In this document: positions 43,299 through 50,890 of the stretch, in pieces
Numbering within the stretch: position 1 is the stretch's first letter
Layout of the letters: every line of letters starts with the position of its first letter
Assembly (NCBI GenBank): GCA_035371905.1
Contig: DAORXQ010000002.1
Coordinates: 1 to 50,890 of the forward strand
Direction of reading: 5' to 3'
From: a bacterium
GTDB lineage: Bacteria; Ratteibacteria; UBA8468; B48-G9; JAFGKM01
Length of the DNA stretch: 50,890 bases
Made by a program: the position numbers and the translations under genes
The notes under the pieces: generated by a model
Told to the model about the DNA's origin: nothing
Databases searched by the model: none
Seen by the model: the letters and a program-made list of their open reading frames with translations, nothing else

Positions 43299-45936
43299 AA
43301 TTTTTATTTTTTTATATTTACTAAATTTTAGTATATATGGTGAATCTCAGGTTCTTACATTCGGGACAAAGACAAAGAAGATTGAATTTCTGAAAAAAGT
43401 TTTAAACAATAAAGATAAGGTTTATATAAAAGAAGTTGCTAATTTTTTAGATGATGAAGATAAAGAAGTTAGAACTTTTGCATCTTTAATACTTTATGAA
43501 ATAGGAGATTCTACCTGTATTGATTTCTACAAAAAATCTCTTGGTGATGAGTACTGGCAGATAAGATTATATGGAATAAAAGGACTTGTTAAATTTGGAG
43601 AAGGGGATATTCTTGAGAATTTATTTGCTTCACTTGATGACCCATACTGGCAGGTAAGATACTATGCTGCAATAGGTATTGGAAAATATGGAGACGAAAA
43701 TTCAATCTCTAATCTTATTTCACATCTTAATGAGACAAATTTAGAAGTAAAAAAAGCAATTCTGATATCATTAAAGAGATTATTATGGAAAAACATAACA
43801 AGATTTAATTTTAAGTCAATGGATGAAAATCAATTAAAATTACTTTTTGATTGTTTTGAAAGTAATGATGAGCAGATAAAATTATTAACAATTTCTATTT
43901 TTGAAAGTGTGAAAGATGTAAGGAGTATTCCATATCTTGTAAAATTGCTGGGAGATAAAAGTGATGAGGTGAAGATTAAATCATTATGGGCACTTGAAGG
44001 ATTTAAAACGAAAAATATAGAAGAAATTGAGGGTTTATTGAATGAACCATCTGTAAAGGTAAAGATTGAAGCGATTAAAACTCTTGTTAGATTAAAAGGA
44101 GAAGAAGGAATAAATGGTTTAATTAAAGGATTGAGTGATGAAAATGAGAGTGTAAAGATATATTCTTTATGGGCACTTGAAAAATTTAAAAATCCTGCTT
44201 CTTATCCTGAAATAGTTAAATGTATTGCAGATAAGTCCCTAAGTGTTAGAGAAGAAGCAATAAATATTATTGAAAGAACTGATGATTCTATATTTATTCC
44301 TATTTTAGAAAAGTTTATTGAGAATAAAGAAACAAACATAGAGCATAAAAAACTGGCTATAATTGAACTTGGAAAAATAGGAAATCTTGATTTAAACAGA
44401 GCAAAAGATATACTCAAAAAATATTTAAAAAGTTCTGATAGAGAAATAAGATATACTTCTATTGAAGGTTTCTATTATCTTGATAAATTTGATGATTATT
44501 ACATTAAAAATCTTGTTTATATGGAAAAGAATGACCCTGATATAAGAATTAGAAAGTGCAGTTCAAGATATTTAGGTGAAATAATAGATGAATGCATTAT
44601 TAAAATAAATAGTATGAGAGAAAGCGATAGAAAATTTGTTATTGATAAAATAGATAGTTTCATAGGAAGTAATGAAATAAATAAGTTGTTAATTAAGATG
44701 TTTTATAGTAAATATCCAGAAGTTAGAGAAAAAGCGGTTTTTGTTTTAAAAGAGATGCCCAGAAAAGTATTTGCAAAAAATGTTAAAGAACTTGCAAAAG
44801 AATCAGATGTAGAATTAAAAAAATTATGTGCTATTGTTTTAGGAGAAATGCGAGATTTAAGTTCAATTGGAATTTTAAAACAGGGATTAACTCATTTTGA
44901 CCCTGAATATCAACTTATATGTGCCAATTCTCTTGCAAAAATGGGTAGAAACGACGGGATTAATGTGATTATGAAAAATATTAATAATGATGATGTTTAT
45001 TATCAGAAAATTGCAGTTGAATCTCTTATTTATTTAGATAAGATAGCGTATTCACCTATATTTATTAAAAAACTTCATGACTCAGAACTTGATATAAAAA
45101 TTATTTCTGCATGGGGACTCGCAAGGTTAGGAAATTTAACAGGTTTAGAAGTTCTTGTAAGATTGTCTGAAATAAATGTTGAACCTATAAGAACACTTGC
45201 AAATATTTATCTAAAGGACCAAAAAATTCCTTCTAATCTCAGAAGTAAGATACCTTTTATTAGAGAGGAAATATATAGAAATAAATTAGGAGTTCAGGAG
45301 GTAAGTCCGAAGATAATGTATTCATATAAAACAGATATTCCAGTTGAAATAGATGGAAAAGATGATGAAGGAATATGGAAAATGATTGAGGAAATTAATG
45401 GATTTATAAGTATAGAAGATGAAAAAGTTTTTATTGATGCTCAAACAAAAATAGCGAGTGTTTATGACAATGAAAATATTTACTTTTTAATTAAATGTGA
45501 AAATCCATCAAATGGTGTAATAAATTTTGATACAAGAGATTTTTTAACAATTTCTATAAATCCAAAGAATTCTTTTAATGAATGGTATCAATTCGTTTTT
45601 CATCCCCTTAAGTTTACATTTCCACTTTCTGAAGAAGTAAGATATCTTAAATACAGTTACAAATGGAAATTTTATAAAAATGAAGAAGATGTGGATAAAT
45701 TATGGAATTCTGATTGGAAAATTGATACAGATGTTTCTTCCCCTGGAACAGTTAGAAAATGGATTGCTGAAATAGCCATACCTATTAAAGATTTAAAAGT
45801 AGAAAAAATTATCAAAGGAACTCAATGGACAATAAACTTTCAGAGAGAGATAAATAATTATATTATATCAACATGGACAGGTAGAATAGATATTCCAGAC
45901 CAGTTTGGTTTAATTATTTTCAAGGAGAGCCCATGA
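43282..45936 (+). CDS. Exported HEAT-repeat (PBS-lyase-like) protein with a C-terminal CBM9/DOMON-like carbohydrate-binding domain
   Basis: The ATG at 43282 gives MRKISKIFIFLYLLNFSIYG (signal-like); the track start at 43261 is a TTG. Repeats of about 30 residues of the type L...L.D....VR..A...L recur through about 600 aa. The C-terminal IDGKDDEGIWK...VYDNENIYFLIKCENP...W.INFQRE resembles the CBM family 9 fold. Confidence 0.72.
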   Translation: MRKISKIFIFLYLLNFSIYGESQVLTFGTKTKKIEFLKKVLNNKDKVYIKEVANFLDDEDKEVRTFASLILYEIGDSTCIDFYKKSLGDEYWQIRLYGIKGLVKFGEGDILENLFASLDDPYWQVRYYAAIGIGKYGDENSISNLISHLNETNLEVKKAILISLKRLLWKNITRFNFKSMDENQLKLLFDCFESNDEQIKLLTISIFESVKDVRSIPYLVKLLGDKSDEVKIKSLWALEGFKTKNIEEIEGLLNEPSVKVKIEAIKTLVRLKGEEGINGLIKGLSDENESVKIYSLWALEKFKNPASYPEIVKCIADKSLSVREEAINIIERTDDSIFIPILEKFIENKETNIEHKKLAIIELGKIGNLDLNRAKDILKKYLKSSDREIRYTSIEGFYYLDKFDDYYIKNLVYMEKNDPDIRIRKCSSRYLGEIIDECIIKINSMRESDRKFVIDKIDSFIGSNEINKLLIKMFYSKYPEVREKAVFVLKEMPRKVFAKNVKELAKESDVELKKLCAIVLGEMRDLSSIGILKQGLTHFDPEYQLICANSLAKMGRNDGINVIMKNINNDDVYYQKIAVESLIYLDKIAYSPIFIKKLHDSELDIKIISAWGLARLGNLTGLEVLVRLSEINVEPIRTLANIYLKDQKIPSNLRSKIPFIREEIYRNKLGVQEVSPKIMYSYKTDIPVEIDGKDDEGIWKMIEEINGFISIEDEKVFIDAQTKIASVYDNENIYFLIKCENPSNGVINFDTRDFLTISINPKNSFNEWYQFVFHPLKFTFPLSEEVRYLKYSYKWKFYKNEEDVDKLWNSDWKIDTDVSSPGTVRKWIAEIAIPIKDLKVEKIIKGTQWTINFQREINNYIISTWTGRIDIPDQFGLIIFKESP

Positions 45937-47759
45937 GAAAATTTATTATTTTTATTACTCTTTTTATTTTATTTGCTAATGGATTTGGGGCAAACTGGTA
46001 TGAAAAGAACAAACAACTTTCAGTTGTTTTTTCAAATGAGGTCTGGAAGTTAGTTGAAAAAGCAAATTATTATTCAAATAGAGGAAATATAAAATCTGCA
46101 GATGCATATTTAAGAACTGCTAAAGAAAAAACAGAAAAATGTGAGCCGTTTTCTCCTAATAACTGGCCATTTGGATGGCCAAGAGATAAAGAAAGTTTAA
46201 AATATTTAAAATATGCAACACCGGTTGCTTTTATCTATAGAATAATAGGAGATTTTTGTTTAGATACTAATTATATAAAAGAAAGTATAAGGTATTTTGA
46301 AGTTTATCTGAGTAAGTGTTTAATTCCTGATGCGGACTATTATATGTTGCTTGCCAGTATCTATGAAAAAGAAGGAATGTATAATCAAGCAATTAATTTA
46401 TATTATGAGATTTCAAAATTTATTGAAAATAAAAATTACTGGGGGAAAGATTATTCTATAAGTGACATAGAAAAGAAGATAAAAAATTTAAATTTAATGT
46501 TTAAGAAAAATTTGGTTATTATTCTGAATCCTGTATTTATTGACATTCCTCCGTTTATCCAGACAGATTTTTCAAGTATATTAACAGATGAAATTAATAA
46601 TATAAAAAATGTTATTATTGTTCCAAGAGAGAGTTTTTTAAAAGTTTTGAATGAGCAGAAATTTATTGAAATGTCAATAGAAGATGAAGAACTTTCAATT
46701 GCAGGTAAAATTCTGAATGCTGATTATGTATTTAAGCCATCTCTTGCTAAAATTGTTAATACTTATGTTTTTAATTTGGATGTTTTTTCAATTAACAAAA
46801 AAAAGTGGTTTGAGCATTATGAGTATAAAACAGATGATATGAGATATATTCCTAATATGATTAAAAGATTTACTGTAAACTTTCAGGGACTGGATATTCC
46901 ATCTTCTTTATTTTTACCAGAAACAAAATTTTTGTGGAGTTATGAAACCGATGATTTAATAAATGACCTTAAGACATCCAGAGATAAAAAAAGAATTTTA
47001 ATAGGATGTGATTCTGGAAGTGCTTATTTGATAAATGATAAGGGAGTTTTAATACGAAAATTAAATATGTCAGAAAAAATTATAAAAGTTTCAATCTCAC
47101 CTGAAGGAAATTATTTTTCCTTCTTTACACTTGAAGGGATTTTATATTTTCTTACAGGAAATGGAAAGATTTTATGGACAAAAAAGACAGGGAATTTAGG
47201 AAGAGGGATAGGTATATCAGAAAATGGTAAATTTATAGTTGCTGGAATTGATAAGAGAATACTTTATATTGATAAAAATGGAGAGATTTTCTGGGATTTA
47301 AACTTACCAGAAATTATTTCTTTTGTTAATATAAAAGACGATGGAAGTCTGGTTTTTACAGGAACAGAAAATGGGAAGTTATACTGTTATAGGGATGATG
47401 GAAACCTAAAATGGGAAAAAAATATAAATGGTAAAATAATAAATATTAAACCCGGAGAAAATTATATTTGTGTTGAAACCGAAACAGGAATGATTTATTT
47501 ATATGATTTAAATGGAAATGAAATAAAAAATTTCAGAAATGATGAAGAAATTAATTATAATATTTTTTCTTCTGAAATTCTTGAATTGATTTCTGGAAAA
47601 AAAGGGAATTTTTTATTCTTCCTTTCATACGATAAAAAAAGTTTATGGAGATATATTTTAAAAGATAGATTAAATTTTCTTGAATCCTTACCTGATGGAA
47701 AATTTATTGTTTCTGCTGAAGGTAAAAACATCTTTTCTTTTTCTATAATCTGGAAGTAA
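45933..47759 (+). CDS. Exported TPR + CsgG/LpoB/FlgO-like + PQQ/BamB-like beta-propeller repeat protein
   Basis: 608 aa. Signal-like N-terminus; TPR-like helices (YYMLLASIYEKEGMYNQAINLY); a middle segment VPRESFLKVLNEQKF...LSIAGKILNADYVFKPSL... like the CsgG/LpoB-type fold; a C-terminal repeated G.L/I..Y..D.NG...W pattern typical of PQQ-like propeller blades. ATGA overlap with the upstream gene. Confidence 0.68.
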   Translation: MRKFIIFITLFILFANGFGANWYEKNKQLSVVFSNEVWKLVEKANYYSNRGNIKSADAYLRTAKEKTEKCEPFSPNNWPFGWPRDKESLKYLKYATPVAFIYRIIGDFCLDTNYIKESIRYFEVYLSKCLIPDADYYMLLASIYEKEGMYNQAINLYYEISKFIENKNYWGKDYSISDIEKKIKNLNLMFKKNLVIILNPVFIDIPPFIQTDFSSILTDEINNIKNVIIVPRESFLKVLNEQKFIEMSIEDEELSIAGKILNADYVFKPSLAKIVNTYVFNLDVFSINKKKWFEHYEYKTDDMRYIPNMIKRFTVNFQGLDIPSSLFLPETKFLWSYETDDLINDLKTSRDKKRILIGCDSGSAYLINDKGVLIRKLNMSEKIIKVSISPEGNYFSFFTLEGILYFLTGNGKILWTKKTGNLGRGIGISENGKFIVAGIDKRILYIDKNGEIFWDLNLPEIISFVNIKDDGSLVFTGTENGKLYCYRDDGNLKWEKNINGKIINIKPGENYICVETETGMIYLYDLNGNEIKNFRNDEEINYNIFSSEILELISGKKGNFLFFLSYDKKSLWRYILKDRLNFLESLPDGKFIVSAEGKNIFSFSIIWK

Positions 47760-47781
47760 AAATAATGAAAGATACTTTTTT

Positions 47782-48444
47782 TTAATGAATGTGACTGTAT
47801 TTAGATAATTTATCTTTTTTTGAAATAAAAAGAAGAGGAAAAACTATATCACTTGTACAGCAAGGAATTACTACAGCAAGTACCATATAAATTAAGACAC
47901 TCCCTATCCGATGAACCCAGTCAATTAGTCCGAAACTGATAAGATAGAATATGGAGGCAGTTGCACTTACAAATACATGTAAAGAATGAGAGAAAATAAC
48001 TCCTTCTGATTTTTCAAGTGTTTCAGGTGCAACATAACCCATAAAAACCCCCAGAAATAAAAATGGCAATACAATTTGAGGATGTTGAATTATACATATA
48101 TGGAGTTTCATTTTTGCACCGAGTAGAAATCCAGAAATATAAGGAATAAAAATATCACTTATTCCACAAATTCCAGCAGAACCAATTACTCCAATTATAA
48201 ATGCCTTCCAGAATTTCTTTTCATTTTTCCAGAACATTGTAGTTGTTGCAAGAGCAGAGAAAAGCATATGTGTTGGATGAAAAATATGGAAAAGTTCTTC
48301 AAAATATTCAGAGGGGTTCTCTATATTTAAAATTTCAACAAAAAAGGTTAAAATTCCAGCAAATATAAGTCCAATTGTAACTGAGAGAACAGAAAAAGGT
48401 ATATGATGAGAAAGAGCATCTCCAATAAACTTTATTTTTTTCAT
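47782..48444 (-). CDS. His-rich polytopic membrane protein, putative metal transporter (possibly ArsP_2/DUF2899-like)
   Basis: 220 aa, about 6 hydrophobic helices, with clustered histidines (LSHHIP, HIFHPTH, HICIIQH, SHSLHV, C-terminal YSHIH) and a CC pair. Starts 3 nt after the stop of the Fur-family gene. Confidence 0.55.
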   Translation of the reverse strand: MKKIKFIGDALSHHIPFSVLSVTIGLIFAGILTFFVEILNIENPSEYFEELFHIFHPTHMLFSALATTTMFWKNEKKFWKAFIIGVIGSAGICGISDIFIPYISGFLLGAKMKLHICIIQHPQIVLPFLFLGVFMGYVAPETLEKSEGVIFSHSLHVFVSATASIFYLISFGLIDWVHRIGSVLIYMVLAVVIPCCTSDIVFPLLFISKKDKLSKYSHIH

Positions 48445-48447
48445 ATT

Positions 48448-48873
48448 TTACCTCCTCTTACAATTTTTACATAATCCTTTAAGAAAAAATTGGTGTTCTG
48501 TAATAATAAAGCCGGTTTTCTTTTCTATATCATTTTTTATTTCTTCAAAATTACAAATTCCAAAATCATCTACTTTATGACATGAGATACAAACTATATG
48601 GTGATGATGAATATTCTTTTCTTCTTTGCAAATCCCATAATAAAATCTGTTTTCTTCACCTTCTATTTTTGTTAATATCCCAATTTTTTCAAAATATGCA
48701 AGGTTTCTATATACTGTTGGAAGTCCTATTTTTTTAAAGTTGTTTTTCATATATTTCCAGATATCAAATGGAGTAAAATATTTATCATTTTTGAGAAAAT
48801 AGTTTATTATTGCAACCCTTTTAGGAGTAATTTTTAACTTATTTTTTTTAAGCGATTTTTTATATTTTTCCAT
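48448..48873 (-). CDS. Fur family metalloregulator (Fur/Zur/PerR type)
   Basis: 141 aa. wHTH (ITPKRVAIINYF...TVYRNLAYFEKIGIL), HHHHIVC, and two CxxC pairs (CISCH, CKNCK). Confidence 0.9.
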   Translation of the reverse strand: MEKYKKSLKKNKLKITPKRVAIINYFLKNDKYFTPFDIWKYMKNNFKKIGLPTVYRNLAYFEKIGILTKIEGEENRFYYGICKEEKNIHHHHIVCISCHKVDDFGICNFEEIKNDIEKKTGFIITEHQFFLKGLCKNCKRR

Positions 48874-48876
48874 TTC

Positions 48877-48899
48877 TAAATGAAAATGATTTTCATTTA
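48877..48899 (-). promoter_or_regulatory. Fur-box-like perfect 23-bp palindrome (autoregulatory operator candidate)
   Basis: TAAATGAAAAT-G-ATTTTCATTTA. The inner 7-1-7 core TGAAAATgATTTTCA differs from the classical Fur 7-1-7 TGATAATnATTATCA at one position per half-site. It sits between the -10 element and the ATG of the Fur-family gene. Confidence 0.6.
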
Positions 48900-48900
48900 T

Positions 48901-48929
48901 ATTATACGGTTATACTTTTAAATTGTCAA
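48901..48929 (-). promoter_or_regulatory. Consensus sigma70-type promoter of the fur-family operon
   Basis: On the minus strand: TTGACA (48929-48924), a 17-nt spacer, TATAAT (48906-48901). Both hexamers are perfect consensus at optimal spacing. Confidence 0.6.
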
Positions 48930-48943
48930 GATAGAAAACCTAT

Positions 48944-48979
48944 AAATAAAAACCTCTCCTGCGGGGAAGACAGGAGAGG
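48944..48979 (-). terminator. Rho-independent terminator after the DUF1980/permease operon
   Basis: On the minus strand: CCTCTCCTG-tcttccccg-CAGGAGAGG (9-bp GC-rich stem, + strand arms 48953-48961 and 48971-48979) followed by TTTTTATTTA. This is the only strong GC-rich hairpin I saw in an intergenic region of this AT-rich window. Confidence 0.65.
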
Positions 48980-49054
48980 AAAAAGGGGGGTGAAGGAAGG
49001 TAATATTTAATTATAACATAAATTTAAAAATTTTGCAAGTTAAATTTGTTTTAA

Positions 49055-49795
49055 TTAATAGAGATAAGGGTCTGATGGTGGATTTGTTTTTTTAACTTCT
49101 TCTGCAATTATTTTGACTTTTCCCTCTTCTATTTTAACTTTTCCTTTTACATTCACCCAGTCCTCATTTTTAAATTCTTCTTTTTCTTCTGGTGGTATCC
49201 ACTCGCCTGTTGATTTTTCTTTTATCCCCTTATATTCTACTTCAACCCCAAGTGGTGTGGCATCAGCAGCACAGCATGTTATTAAAAATCTTATTAAAGT
49301 AAACTTTTCTTTTTCTTCTCCTTTATATACCATACCTTCTATGCTCACATCTTTTTCTTCTATTTCTTCTGGTTTTGATTTTGAAAGGGCAAGAAGTTGT
49401 TTGATTGTAAGTTTTTTGTATTTCCCTTCTGTTTCTATCTTTTCCTGTAATGATTTTAAAATATCCTTGCTTAGAAACTCTGTCTGTATTCCTCTTTTTA
49501 ATGCAGCATAGGTTGGTAAAGCCGTTGGTCTGACAAGAATAAATAAAATTAAAGGGAATAGGAATATAATAAAGGAAAAAATATCATAGACATTTAACTG
49601 TTTAAAATTTTTCATTTTTTTAATTTCAATTGTTAGGAGAAATACCAAAATCAAAACACCTATTACTATGTATGGAAAATAAAAGTTTTTGACAAATATT
49701 TTGAAATTTCCTGTAAAAATTAATGAGATAAAAAACAAAATATAGAAAATTATAATTAAAAATTCATAAAACTGTCTGTTCTTAAAAATTTTCAT
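49055..49795 (-). CDS. DUF1980 / TIGR03943-family protein (partner subunit of the COG0701 permease)
   Basis: 246 aa. Three N-terminal helices, then a soluble C-domain with the hallmark FLITCCAADA motif. Confidence 0.78.
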   Translation of the reverse strand: MKIFKNRQFYEFLIIIFYILFFISLIFTGNFKIFVKNFYFPYIVIGVLILVFLLTIEIKKMKNFKQLNVYDIFSFIIFLFPLILFILVRPTALPTYAALKRGIQTEFLSKDILKSLQEKIETEGKYKKLTIKQLLALSKSKPEEIEEKDVSIEGMVYKGEEKEKFTLIRFLITCCAADATPLGVEVEYKGIKEKSTGEWIPPEEKEEFKNEDWVNVKGKVKIEEGKVKIIAEEVKKTNPPSDPYLY

Positions 49796-49798
49796 ATC

Positions 49799-50851
49799 TC
49801 ATCCTCCTAAAAAACTTCCAATAATTCCAAGAATAAAAAGGGTTAAGAATACACTTACAAGAAGTTTTTTGACAAATTTTTCTTTGAATGCAGCAAAATA
49901 TACAAGTATTAGAGATATACTCATCATTGGTCCAGAAATCATGAATATAATTTTTGAGATATCGGGTAAGTAAGTAAATGAACTCGCTACAAAAGCATCC
50001 GCATAAGAACATAATGAAAGAATTATAGAAAGAATTTGCATTGATAGAATTGATAAAACTTTATTTTTGCCTATAGCAATAAATACTTCTCTTGAAGTAA
50101 ATGTTGAAAAAAGAGAAGCAAGTGTCGCTCCTATTATTAAGTATTTTCCCATAATCAAAAAATCATTTCCTGAATGAATAAAAATTCTTTCAAATTTTGA
50201 AAGGTTTTCATCATGTTTGTGTCCTTCTTCATATTCCTTTAAAATTTCACTTTTATCTTCTGGAGCAATTAAAATACCAACAAAAACACTTACAATAAAG
50301 GCAATAAGGAATCTGCCAAAAACCATTTTTAAAGAGGAAAAGGCAAGATAGGTTGAAAAAAGAGTGATTGGATTGATTATTGCAGTCGCAAGAAGATAGG
50401 AAATACCTCCTGGAGTTGGTATTCCCTTTTTCATCAATCTTCTTGAAACAGGAATTTCTCCACATGAACAGACAGGAAATAAAAAACCTAAAAATGAGCC
50501 AAATACTGCAGATGAAAACTTACCCTGAGGTAAAATTTTTTTGAATTTATCTTCTGAAACCAAAACTTCAATTGTACCCGAAATTAAAGAACCGATTAAA
50601 ATAAATGGAAATCCCTCAATTAAAATAGCAAGTGAGACAATTGTAAATACCTGTAATTTTGGATTTTTAACTATCCGATTTAATTGAGAAAAAGAACCTG
50701 ACTGCCAGAGATTGAAAATAAAAAAAAGAAATAAAACTCCTATACTTATTAAGATTTTTTTCAGAGTTTCTTCTTTTTTTTGTTTTATTTTCTCCATATT
50801 TTTAAAATTATACTTCTCAAAATTTTTATTTTCAAAATCCTGTTGCCTCAT
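49799..50851 (-). CDS. COG0701/UPF0718 (ArsP-type) permease
   Basis: 350 aa, polytopic, with the family's PVCSCGEIP motif. Its stop lies 3 nt before the DUF1980 start. The alternative start MEKIKQ... is 18 codons in. Confidence 0.8.
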   Translation of the reverse strand: MRQQDFENKNFEKYNFKNMEKIKQKKEETLKKILISIGVLFLFFIFNLWQSGSFSQLNRIVKNPKLQVFTIVSLAILIEGFPFILIGSLISGTIEVLVSEDKFKKILPQGKFSSAVFGSFLGFLFPVCSCGEIPVSRRLMKKGIPTPGGISYLLATAIINPITLFSTYLAFSSLKMVFGRFLIAFIVSVFVGILIAPEDKSEILKEYEEGHKHDENLSKFERIFIHSGNDFLIMGKYLIIGATLASLFSTFTSREVFIAIGKNKVLSILSMQILSIILSLCSYADAFVASSFTYLPDISKIIFMISGPMMSISLILVYFAAFKEKFVKKLLVSVFLTLFILGIIGSFLGG

Positions 50852-50890
50852 ATAAGAATCTAAGTAAAATTTATATACGATGCCTCACAT

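Noticed and set aside
48980-49000. Purine-rich run with G6 (aaaaaggggggtgaaggaagg) next to the terminator
   Set aside because: It lies in the 3' untranslated region between the DUF1980 stop and the terminator hairpin. There is no dyad symmetry or ORF, and it probably just flanks the terminator stem.
49113-49511. 132-aa ORF on the + strand, antisense to the DUF1980 gene
   Set aside because: The Ser/Phe-rich low-complexity translation is the mirror image of a Glu/Lys-rich coding region (GAA/AAA read as TTC/TTT). It has no RBS and lies entirely inside a well-supported gene.
49782-50012. 76-aa minus-strand ORF overlapping the permease 3' end
   Set aside because: It is out of frame within the COG0701 permease and Cys-rich by chance. 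The permease frame carries the family motifs.
1-50890. CRISPR arrays, IS elements, long direct or inverted repeats, rRNA genes, riboswitch-sized leaders
   Set aside because: I scanned the intergenic regions (the longest are 24469-24928, 36477-36669 and 48874-49054) and found only tRNAs, promoters, one terminator and one operator-like dyad. There is no periodic repeat structure and no transposase- or Cas-like ORF. Exhaustive repeat detection needs a computational self-alignment, which I cannot run.

Overview
Strongly AT-rich, gene-dense chromosomal segment. It most likely comes from an uncultivated anaerobic bacterium: bacterial murG/murC, rpsB-tsf and an Rnf complex sit beside archaeal-flavoured genes (V/A-type ATPase B subunit, archaeal-type iPGM, Isf-like flavoprotein). 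I saw no transposase, integrase, CRISPR array, rRNA or long repeat. Most genes are joined by ATGA or TAATG start/stop overlaps. Reading left to right: partial V-type ATPase B (-); purM plus a B12-type radical SAM gene; leuS and nfo (-); a sugar-type cluster (TIM-barrel isomerase/epimerase, three Gfo/Idh/MocA oxidoreductases, an ADP-ribosylglycohydrolase); a nitroreductase. A nine-gene minus-strand unit follows: DUF362-ferredoxin, apgM, rnfC, rnfD, rnfG, Isf-like flavoprotein, rnfE, rnfA, rhomboid-TPR, with no rnfB. Then come a ROK regulator, a DegT aminotransferase, an alanine dehydrogenase broken by one extra A in an A7 run, tRNA-Lys(CTT) and tRNA-Arg(TCT), and miaB. Next is a minus-strand unit of thrC, an apgM-like 'proposed homoserine kinase', trkA, trkA, an unannotated 50-aa membrane ORF, trkH and an anchored protein. 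After that: tRNA-Leu(CAA), an HU gene, rpsB-tsf-small membrane protein-DUF3857/transglutaminase, a CBS protein plus ArsB/NhaD-type permease, a PP-loop ATPase plus UPF0280 pair, and murG-murC-nnrE followed by two large exported repeat proteins. The window ends with a metal-homeostasis island: a COG0701 permease, a DUF1980 protein, a terminator, a consensus promoter with a 23-bp Fur-type palindrome, a Fur-family regulator and a His-rich membrane protein. The best candidate for something undescribed is the RnfB-less Rnf operon with an iron-sulfur flavoprotein translationally coupled between rnfG and rnfE. Secondary candidates are the oxidoreductase/TIM-barrel/ADP-ribosylglycohydrolase locus, the PP-loop/UPF0280 pair, the Trk-associated micro-ORF and the exported HEAT-CBM9 / TPR-propeller pair. 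All functional calls come from motif and family recognition by eye; no searches were run.
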